Shown here one piece after another: positions 54,585 through 60,988 of a stretch of 64,000 nt of DNA (positions within the stretch are counted from its first letter, which is position 1; every line of letters starts with the position of its first letter). The DNA is taken from IMG/VR virus record IMGVR_UViG_3300025769_000006. One strand, 5' to 3'. The translations under genes and the position numbers were made by a program. The notes beneath the pieces are model-generated. The model had not been told where the DNA came from. It searched no databases and saw only the letters and a list, made by a program, of their open reading frames with translations. The stretch comes from a virus.

Positions 54585-54682
54585 AGCTAGCGGCAACTAG
54601 GTATGGATGCAACAGGAGTTATTAAATTAACCAGAGTTCATTACTACTGACGAGTATGAGGGTTCGATTCCCTCGCTAGTTA
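54585..54682 (+). tRNA. tRNA-like element 1 (98 nt; acceptor and T-arm canonical, remainder not foldable as a cloverleaf; anticodon unassigned)
   Basis: AGCTAGC 54585-91 pairs 7/7 (one G-T) with GCTAGTT 54675-81. The T-arm is GAGGG-TTCGATT-CCCTC at 54658-74, the discriminator is A, and no CCA is encoded. Confidence 0.35.
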
Positions 54683-54772
54683 CAAAGCAGCAGGCCGGTA
54701 TGCTGCTCCCTTACAGGAAACATGTGCTATAAAGCACCAAGCCTTTTAGGTTGAAAACAAGTAAGGGAATAT

Positions 54773-54879
54773 GGGCGTGAAATGGTTAGACTACAAAATA
54801 GGTGGGCGAATGCCGTAAAGATACCGCGAGGAGCGGTACCTAAATTGTAGTAACGCAGGTTCGATTCCTGCCACGTCCA
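54773..54879 (+). tRNA. tRNA-like element 2 (107 nt; tmRNA-TLD-like: acceptor + T-arm + long helix, no D-stem)
   Basis: GGGCGTG 54773-79 pairs 7/7 (one G-T) with CACGTCC 54872-78. The T-arm is GCAGG-TTCGATT-CCTGC at 54855-71. There is a 12-position helix 54791-802 / 54839-850 and two inner hairpins. Confidence 0.4.
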
Positions 54880-54899
54880 CTAATTTTAAATAAACAACT

Positions 54900-55061
54900 A
54901 TGAAATACCTTTATGAACAACTAGACGAATTGTTAAACACTATTAAGTATGCAGAAGCATCGGGAAATGAAGACGCAGATTACTTAAAAAACGATTACTT
55001 TATAGACGTTTTAGAAGCATGTAGAGAAATTGTAGAATACACATCAGAAGAAAAAGAATAA
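54900..55061 (+). CDS. microprotein (53 aa), not in ORF track
   Basis: MKYLYEQLDELLNTIKYAEASGNEDADYLKNDYFIDVLEACREIVEYTSEEKE. Confidence 0.4.
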   Translation: MKYLYEQLDELLNTIKYAEASGNEDADYLKNDYFIDVLEACREIVEYTSEEKE

Positions 55062-55064
55062 ATT

Positions 55065-55259
55065 ATGCCAAACATGAGTTACTGCCGGTTTGAAAACACG
55101 GTAATGGATATGAGAGATTGTATAAACGCTATAGAAGATGGCGAGTGCGATTCACTAAGCAGCTACGAAGTAAGAGCTCTTAAACAATTTAAGGAAATGG
55201 GCGAAGAAATTAGTCGCCTTGATATAGACATTGATTTAATACTTGAAAGATATGTATAG
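55065..55259 (+). CDS. hypothetical protein (MSYCRFENT family)
   Basis: ORF track entry. Confidence 0.5.
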   Translation: MPNMSYCRFENTVMDMRDCINAIEDGECDSLSSYEVRALKQFKEMGEEISRLDIDIDLILERYV

Positions 55260-55356
55260 CAACTGCTGCGGAGCTGAACCTAGTTATTTAAGCGATAGCT
55301 TATGTGGTCAATGTCTTGAACATGCAGACTTTGACGACTACACGGAGGAAATATAA
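55252..55356 (+). CDS. Cys-rich microprotein (34 aa), not in ORF track
   Basis: MYSNCCGAEPSYLSDSLCGQCLEHADFDDYTEEI. Its last codons form the upstream box of the next promoter. Confidence 0.35.
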   Translation: MYSNCCGAEPSYLSDSLCGQCLEHADFDDYTEEI

Positions 55357-55374
55357 ATACTAATAGATAATATA
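55341..55374 (+). promoter_or_regulatory. class-E promoter
   Basis: CACGGAGGAAATATAAATACTAATAGATAATATA. Confidence 0.6.
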
Positions 55375-55387
55375 ATAAATTAAAAAC

Positions 55388-55639
55388 ATGAAAAGACTAA
55401 CAGTTTATCAAAGACTAAAACCTGAAATCAAAGAAGCTTTGCATTCAGAAGGAAACAAAAAGTACCAAACGTCTGTAGATTATTTAGTTGAAAAGCTAAG
55501 TGAAGCTACATTTTACAGTGATCTATCTATTAGCACGATTAGTTCACTTTACACTTTTACACACTTAGAGCTCGTTAAAACATCTGTATGGGATTTTAAG
55601 TATGGCGAAAACATATTAATATCTAAAGATTATGAGTGA
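55388..55639 (+). CDS. hypothetical protein
   Basis: ORF track entry. Confidence 0.5.
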   Translation: MKRLTVYQRLKPEIKEALHSEGNKKYQTSVDYLVEKLSEATFYSDLSISTISSLYTFTHLELVKTSVWDFKYGENILISKDYE

Positions 55640-55868
55640 TACAATTAAAAAGCAAAATACCATGTGTATTTTTGTGCTAGACTTTTTAGATGGTAAAGCA
55701 TATAAATATGACATTAGCGCGTTATGTAATGACGGAAACTGGTCAAGTCCGGGTAATTGGAACCCCGACAGTGAAAGCTGTGAAGCTTTTCTGATCGGCG
55801 CAGGTCATAGTATAGGAAATATAGAATGGATGGTAACTAATAATAATGAAATAGAATATGGCAACTAA
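55632..55868 (+). CDS. hypothetical protein
   Basis: ORF track entry. Confidence 0.5.
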   Translation: MSDTIKKQNTMCIFVLDFLDGKAYKYDISALCNDGNWSSPGNWNPDSESCEAFLIGAGHSIGNIEWMVTNNNEIEYGN

Positions 55869-56313
55869 AATTTTAACACAAGAACTAATTAAACAAACCT
55901 TAGAAGACAAAGGTTATCCAATGACACACGATGAAGGCATGACTTACGAGTTTATGCTTAAAAAAGTATGCGAATACTACGATGCAGAGATCGGCGAAGA
56001 CTGGAATGATAATGCAGATTTCTTTATATATTCAGAAACAACAGCTGATGGTTATGAAGTATATATTGCTACAAATAATTCAAGTAGTCCTAGTATAAAC
56101 GAAGATGTTTACTACTATGACAGCGATCTACACGAAAGATTAGAAGACGCATTAATTGATGGCGCTAGAATTTATGTAGATTATTTGCAAGATAATTATG
56201 TACACGAAGCAGCTGAATCTGCTTATGACTATTTATACGAAAGACTAATTGAAGAAACAGAAAACGAATTAATAGACGAAGGTTATGAGTACGAAAATCA
56301 AGAAGAAGAATAA
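55858..56313 (+). CDS. strongly acidic protein (151 aa), DNA-mimic / anti-restriction candidate
   Basis: D/E/Y-rich throughout and ends ..DEGYEYENQEEE. Confidence 0.35.
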   Translation: MATKILTQELIKQTLEDKGYPMTHDEGMTYEFMLKKVCEYYDAEIGEDWNDNADFFIYSETTADGYEVYIATNNSSSPSINEDVYYYDSDLHERLEDALIDGARIYVDYLQDNYVHEAAESAYDYLYERLIEETENELIDEGYEYENQEEE

Positions 56314-56318
56314 TTATT

Positions 56319-56474
56319 ATGGATAAAATAGAAAAATACGTAAGAGATAAATACCCTAAAAAGTTTAAAAATAAACCGGTATTAGTTAAAGAAACAAGTG
56401 GTATATACTTTGTATCAACACACAAAGATGAATCGCCTATAATATTAAGTAAAAAAACACTGGATAAATTATGA
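56319..56474 (+). CDS. microprotein (51 aa), not in ORF track
   Basis: MDKIEKYVRDKYPKKFKNKPVLVKETSGIYFVSTHKDESPIILSKKTLDKL, with an ATGA overlap. Confidence 0.4.
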   Translation: MDKIEKYVRDKYPKKFKNKPVLVKETSGIYFVSTHKDESPIILSKKTLDKL

Positions 56475-56665
56475 AAGTTAAACAATTTATAGAAAACAAA
56501 AACAAAATGCTTGATCGAGGTATTGTAGCAACGCCTGGAGACAGAGATAGATTAGAGTTGTTTGCTAACGCGAACAATGGAAGCAACGACTTTTTATTAA
56601 TGCAAATGGCTATTAACTTTGGTTATAAGATGGCTTTAGAAGATGTAGAGGAGGTATTATTATGA
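56471..56665 (+). CDS. hypothetical protein
   Basis: ORF track entry. Confidence 0.5.
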   Translation: MKVKQFIENKNKMLDRGIVATPGDRDRLELFANANNGSNDFLLMQMAINFGYKMALEDVEEVLL

Positions 56666-56931
56666 AAATAAAAGTAAAACCAATGTATGGTAATTCCAAC
56701 AGATCAATTCCTAATCAGTATCAGATTATAACGCCTAAAGGTGTATATTTTCAAAGTTACAACAGTATAATAGCTTACAAGCCTTATTATGGTAAAATAG
56801 AATTAGATGAATATTATTGGGATTATTCAAGAACAACAGGTAAATATCGCAATATGTTTCTCAATGAATTCATAGATGAAACAAGAGAAAAAATTAAATC
56901 AGGTAAATATAAATTAACAAACTTAAACTAA
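56662..56931 (+). CDS. hypothetical protein
   Basis: ORF track entry. Confidence 0.5.
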   Translation: MKIKVKPMYGNSNRSIPNQYQIITPKGVYFQSYNSIIAYKPYYGKIELDEYYWDYSRTTGKYRNMFLNEFIDETREKIKSGKYKLTNLN

Positions 56932-57014
56932 GTGAAAAATAATATAGATAAAAGTCAAATATTTTCTATTTTATTTTTAATGCTCTTATGCTACTTATGT
57001 TTTATAGTTAAAAA

Positions 57015-57566
57015 ATGGTCAATGGGTTTATTATGACAGACAATAGCACACTAAACAAATTGTTTAAAGAACATATAGAAGATATAAACAAGTTTATATA
57101 TTCTAAAGTAAAAGATATACATTTAACTAAAGATCTATCTCAAGAAACTTTAATAAAACTTACAAAAGCTTTACGTAAAAAAAACTATGAAGATCAGGGT
57201 AAATTTAAATCTTTTGCATTATGTGTGGCTAATAATATTATAGTAGATTATTATAGAAAAAAGAAACGTAGACCTAAAATGAAAAGATCTGAAACTTATG
57301 ATATATTTTCTAAAATAAAATATGAAGAATTAAATAAAGAAGAATATATTATAAAAGAACAGATGTTAAAAGAAGTTAAACAACTGCTTAATAAAATACC
57401 TAAAAAACTTAGACAAGTATTAATATTAAGGTTTTATAGTAAAATGACTTTTAGGCAAATAGCTAAAGAAACAAACACAAAAATTAATACTGTTCAAGGT
57501 AGATTTAGATACGGAATGGATAGACTAAAACAATTACACGGACTTAACGAGTTATTAAATAGATAA
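57015..57566 (+). CDS. sigma-70 family RNA polymerase sigma factor, ECF-like (regions 2 and 4)
   Basis: Region 2: FKSFALCVANNIIVDYYRKKKR. Region 4: LPKKLRQVLILRFYSKMTFRQIAKETNTKINTVQGRFRYGMDRLKQL. Confidence 0.75.
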   Translation: MVNGFIMTDNSTLNKLFKEHIEDINKFIYSKVKDIHLTKDLSQETLIKLTKALRKKNYEDQGKFKSFALCVANNIIVDYYRKKKRRPKMKRSETYDIFSKIKYEELNKEEYIIKEQMLKEVKQLLNKIPKKLRQVLILRFYSKMTFRQIAKETNTKINTVQGRFRYGMDRLKQLHGLNELLNR

Positions 57567-57570
57567 TATA
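57537..57570 (+). promoter_or_regulatory. class-E promoter embedded in the 3' end of the sigma gene
   Basis: CACGGACTTAACGAGTTATTAAATAGATAATATA. The last A of the motif is the A of ATG 57570. Confidence 0.5.
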
Positions 57571-57851
57571 TGACAGAAGAACAAATGAATAGATTAGCTG
57601 ATATTATTGTAGATAAAATAATAGAGCGACAACAACAATATGACAAGGAATTTAAAGAAGAATTAAAAGAGTTAGCTCAACAAAATCCAGATCTAGAATT
57701 TGGAACAATAACTCAAAAAGAATTAATAGAAGAAGAATTAAATAATCTTTATCAAGATCTAAAAGAGTTAGAAGAAAAAGAAGATTATGCAGCAGCTTCA
57801 AGATTATTAATAATCATAGAAAAATATAAAAAGAAATACAACATTAAGTAA
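57570..57851 (+). CDS. acidic coiled-coil protein
   Basis: ORF track entry. Confidence 0.5.
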   Translation: MTEEQMNRLADIIVDKIIERQQQYDKEFKEELKELAQQNPDLEFGTITQKELIEEELNNLYQDLKELEEKEDYAAASRLLIIIEKYKKKYNIK

Positions 57852-57871
57852 TGTGTATAGCATAACCACAT

Positions 57872-58069
57872 ATGTATATGATTAGATTTATAAAATTCAC
57901 AATAGTCTGGATCAGTCAAAATCTTGCAATACCTTTTTGGGTTGTAGGTCATGTTCACTTATCAATATCAGACTATAAAGATATACACGAGATAATAGCT
58001 AGTATAGGTATGAATATAATAGTCTTTACTGGTTTTATTATAGATTTTAAACAACAAGATAAACTATGA
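57872..58069 (+). CDS. small membrane protein
   Basis: Two hydrophobic segments: FTIVWISQNLAIPFWVVG and MNIIVFTGFIIDF. Confidence 0.45.
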   Translation: MYMIRFIKFTIVWISQNLAIPFWVVGHVHLSISDYKDIHEIIASIGMNIIVFTGFIIDFKQQDKL

Positions 58070-58554
58070 ACATATTTTATTTACATAGAGACCCAGTTAA
58101 AGCTGCGCGAATACAATACAATAAGCACGTGGTTAAAATGATCTTAGAATCAGCCCAAATGCTTTGTACGGCGCATCATTGTTATGGGGATGCGGAACAA
58201 AAATATAACGTACCTTATAAGCAAGCACATTTAAACCACCCTTCAACAATATGGGCCAGAAGGTCAAGAACAACTTATATGTGGTTATATGACCATATGA
58301 TTGCGCTTGGTAAAGAGTATACAAAAAGATATGGTAAAGAACATCTTACGATTGCTAAGTGTAGAGATTTTTTGTCTACACCACCTAGACATATACAAGG
58401 TAATGAATGGACTGAACCACCACAGTGTATGCCAGATGAATACAAAGTTGAAGGTAATAGTGTTGAGGCATATTGGAATTATTATGAAGGCGAAAAACAT
58501 AGTGTAGCAAATACAAATGAACAAAAAATATATAGATCATGCTTAAACTTTTAA
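58066..58554 (+). CDS. conserved hypothetical protein (N-terminus FYLHRDP..HVVKMILESAQML)
   Basis: ORF track entry. I recognise the N-terminal pattern as recurrent in phages and large DNA viruses, but cannot name its function. Confidence 0.5.
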   Translation: MNIFYLHRDPVKAARIQYNKHVVKMILESAQMLCTAHHCYGDAEQKYNVPYKQAHLNHPSTIWARRSRTTYMWLYDHMIALGKEYTKRYGKEHLTIAKCRDFLSTPPRHIQGNEWTEPPQCMPDEYKVEGNSVEAYWNYYEGEKHSVANTNEQKIYRSCLNF

Positions 58555-58877
58555 CAACAATAGTAGTAACAGCTACAATATACCATGCTGATCCTGCTCA
58601 ATGTAATGCTGATTATCTTACAACAGCTTCTCTTAAAACTATAAACGAAAAAAATCCTCAAGGTCATAGATGGATAGCTGTTTCAAGAGATTTAGAAAAA
58701 CACGGTTTTGTTTTTGGAACAAAGGTTTGTGTTGAGAATGCAGGTAATTTTGATGGAGTATGGACTGTTGAAGATCGAATGAACAAAAGATGGAAAAACC
58801 GCATAGATTTTCTTGTGAACAAAGATGTAAAAGGCGGTAAATGGAATAAAGTTAAATTAACAATAATATATGAGTAG
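58539..58877 (+). CDS. 3D-domain (double-psi beta-barrel, MltA/RlpA-like) protein with N-terminal signal anchor
   Basis: TATIYHADP..TASL..IAVSRDL..GTKVCVENAGNFDGVWTVEDRMNKRWKNRIDFL fits the 3D-domain pattern. Confidence 0.55.
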   Translation: MLKLLTTIVVTATIYHADPAQCNADYLTTASLKTINEKNPQGHRWIAVSRDLEKHGFVFGTKVCVENAGNFDGVWTVEDRMNKRWKNRIDFLVNKDVKGGKWNKVKLTIIYE

Positions 58878-58995
58878 ATATAAAATATACAAGCATTTAA
58901 TGCTTACGGATGTTTTTGGTGTTAAAACCAAAATTAAAAATTTTGTAAAACCTAGGCAGACAAAAGCCTATAATAATAAGAAAGTAAGAGGCTAA
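58870..58995 (+). CDS. basic microprotein (41 aa), not in ORF track
   Basis: MSRYKIYKHLMLTDVFGVKTKIKNFVKPRQTKAYNNKKVRG, with a TAATG overlap onto the next gene. Confidence 0.3.
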   Translation: MSRYKIYKHLMLTDVFGVKTKIKNFVKPRQTKAYNNKKVRG

Positions 58996-59639
58996 TGTCA
59001 CGTGAAAGAAATATAAAATGGTTAAATGATAGGCATGTTATATACAGGAAAGATCCTGTTAACGATGCGCCAACTATAGAAACCAAGCATTATAAATACT
59101 ATGAAGATGGTACGCACGAGTGTTATCACTTGTTTAATAGCAAGGCTAAGATTACTACGTACAAATCTTTAAAGTGGCATTTTTATGTTTTGTATTTTCT
59201 TAACCAAGACAGACCTGAAGGTTTGCTGCCAACTAGTATTTACGAGTTTATAGCAGATAAAGAAAATGGCTTTGTAACATTTTTTATTAGTGATAAAAAG
59301 CTAAACGAAATGATTGAAGACGTGTTCAATGATGGCGGTGAACCACCTTTAAATAAGAAACGTAAGATAATATTTAAAGACTATAGCGGTTTATCTTTTG
59401 ATCAAAAAATGAGTATTGTAGGTAAATTAATTGGAAGATCAAAACGTGTAAATGAAGAAGCTATATATGAATGTATGCTAGATTTAATTTATTATGGTAA
59501 AAAAATAACTTGGAGTAAAGTTGCAGTTTTGTTAAACTGTTCAGAAAGAACTGTAATAAGAAATATTAATAACGAATTAAAAAAAGAAAAAGAAATATTA
59601 AATGAAGAAATACAACATACAGAATTATATAAGATATAA
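58995..59639 (+). CDS. putative DNA-binding protein (C-terminal HTH)
   Basis: WSKVAVLLNCSERTVIRNINNELKKEKE is HTH-like. Confidence 0.4.
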   Translation: MSRERNIKWLNDRHVIYRKDPVNDAPTIETKHYKYYEDGTHECYHLFNSKAKITTYKSLKWHFYVLYFLNQDRPEGLLPTSIYEFIADKENGFVTFFISDKKLNEMIEDVFNDGGEPPLNKKRKIIFKDYSGLSFDQKMSIVGKLIGRSKRVNEEAIYECMLDLIYYGKKITWSKVAVLLNCSERTVIRNINNELKKEKEILNEEIQHTELYKI

Positions 59640-60354
59640 GGAAGATATTAAATCTTCAATGCCACCTCAAAAATTTTACGATTACTACACGAGAGATGAA
59701 TTAGTTGTTAAATTTATACCTCTTGTTGAAGCCATGGCTAGAAAACAATCAACATCACAACAAGCTGTTGGTGTTTTAACAATAATGGATCTATTTCAAA
59801 TTGGCAGTTTAGCTTTAGTAAAGGCAGTTGATAAATTAGACTGGGAAAGATTAATTGATTCAGAAGATATTGAAAAAACATTAAAAAGCTTTTTTAGTAA
59901 AAGAATAAAAGGTGCTATTAGAAGAAAAATAGATTCATTAAGAGGTAATATAAGAATACCAGAACATAAAATTAATGAAATACGTAAAAACCCTAAAGAC
60001 AAAAAAATGGTTGCTATGTTTTTTAATTCTATGTTTTTAAGTATAGACGCACAGCCTGTTAACGACGAAGAAAATATGATAAATCAAATAGCAGACAAGT
60101 CAGAACCATATAACATACAAATACTTAACATGTATTTAAAGAGTTTAATGAAAAAACATTTAACAGGCATTGAGTATGAGGTTTTAAGATTGTCTTATGG
60201 ACTAGATTGTGAAAAACATTCTGCTAACTATATAGCAGGTAAATTAGGCATAAGAGGTGTTAGCGCATATGTGCGTGTTTCAGAATTAAAAAAACAAGCT
60301 GTACAAAAATTAATAGACAGCGTTGATCACTCGCAAGTGCTTGACTTTCTGTAA
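59602..60354 (+). CDS. sigma-70 family sigma factor-like protein
   Basis: Region-2-like FIPLVEAMARKQ..LFQIGSLALVKAVDKLD. Region 4: YEVLRLSYGLDCEKHSANYIAGKLGIRGVSAYVRVSELKKQAVQKL. An alternative start at 59659 would remove the 38-nt overlap. Confidence 0.65.
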   Translation: MKKYNIQNYIRYKEDIKSSMPPQKFYDYYTRDELVVKFIPLVEAMARKQSTSQQAVGVLTIMDLFQIGSLALVKAVDKLDWERLIDSEDIEKTLKSFFSKRIKGAIRRKIDSLRGNIRIPEHKINEIRKNPKDKKMVAMFFNSMFLSIDAQPVNDEENMINQIADKSEPYNIQILNMYLKSLMKKHLTGIEYEVLRLSYGLDCEKHSANYIAGKLGIRGVSAYVRVSELKKQAVQKLIDSVDHSQVLDFL

Positions 60355-60364
60355 GTTACGACTA

Positions 60365-60398
60365 CACGGAATTAAAACAAAACGTAAAAGATAATATA
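60365..60398 (+). promoter_or_regulatory. class-E promoter
   Basis: CACGGAATTAAAACAAAACGTAAAAGATAATATA, ending 41 nt before ATG 60440. Confidence 0.6.
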
Positions 60399-60439
60399 AA
60401 CATGTAATTATAATAATAAGCAATTTAAATAAAAAACGA

Positions 60440-60988
60440 ATGAACATAAACGAAAAATTAGCTACAATCCAAACAAAGTTTAAATCAAAGAAAAGTAGAT
60501 TTAACTCCTTCGGCAAATATTACTTCAGATCAGCCGAAGATATTCTCGAAGCAACAAAACCCTTTTTATTAGAATTAGGAGTATCAGTAACAATTGATGA
60601 ACAATTGATAGATGTAAGTAATATACCTATAATTTGCTCAACAGCTACAATAAGTGACGGTAAAGAATCAATACACGCGTCAGCTTTAGTTGGAGTTGAT
60701 TTAAACCAAAAAGGTATGCAAACACCTCAACAGTTTGGCTCTGCTTCTAGCTACGGTAAAAAATACGCATTGGGTAATTTATTTTTAATAGATGACACAC
60801 AGGATTCAGACGCATCAAATACCCACGGTAAAACACAAAAAGCTAAAACTAAAAACACTATAACCTCTAAAAAAGATCCAGCATACGAAAAAGCGGTTCA
60901 ATACCTAGCATCAGGTGGTAAATTAGAAGCTATTAAGTCAAAATATAATCTTTCTAAAGAAATAGAAGGAGCGTTAAATACTTTATAA
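60440..60988 (+). CDS. ERF-family single-strand annealing protein
   Basis: FNSFGKYYFRSAEDILEATKPFLLELGVSV ... SASSYGKKYALGNLFLIDD fits the ERF pattern. Confidence 0.65.
   Translation: MNINEKLATIQTKFKSKKSRFNSFGKYYFRSAEDILEATKPFLLELGVSVTIDEQLIDVSNIPIICSTATISDGKESIHASALVGVDLNQKGMQTPQQFGSASSYGKKYALGNLFLIDDTQDSDASNTHGKTQKAKTKNTITSKKDPAYEKAVQYLASGGKLEAIKSKYNLSKEIEGALNTL

Larger units (their letters stand above)
54453..54899 (+). ncRNA. structured, ORF-free RNA island containing two tRNA-like modules
   Basis: No ORF. G+C is visibly higher than the flanks. Many local helices are present: GTGTGTA 54512-18 / TACACAC 54565-71; AGCAGCA 54686-92 / TGCTGCT 54701-07; CCCTTAC 54708-14 / GTAAGGG 54761-67. 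There are two GGTTCGATTCC T-loops. Confidence 0.6.

Noticed and set aside
54585-54879. Two-piece (circularly permuted) tmRNA spanning both T-arm modules, or a YrlA-type Y-RNA
   Set aside because: In a permuted tmRNA, the 5' acceptor strand downstream must pair with the upstream 3' strand. Here GGGCGTG cannot pair with GCTAGTT, and each module pairs locally. In YrlA, the acceptor-like hairpin directly follows the T-stem; here no such hairpin abuts either T-arm.
54585-54879. Canonical tRNA genes with an assignable anticodon
   Set aside because: I tried several registers. No 5-bp anticodon stem with a 7-nt U33/R37 loop could be drawn for either element, and the lengths (98 and 107 nt) exceed class II tRNAs. 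They are kept only as tRNA-like, pending covariance-model scans.
51350-56485. Minus-strand ORFs in the early arm (51350..51547, 53241..53426, 53878..54132, 56165..56485)
   Set aside because: Every one is antisense to tightly coupled plus-strand genes or microgenes and to class-E promoters. No minus-strand signals are present.
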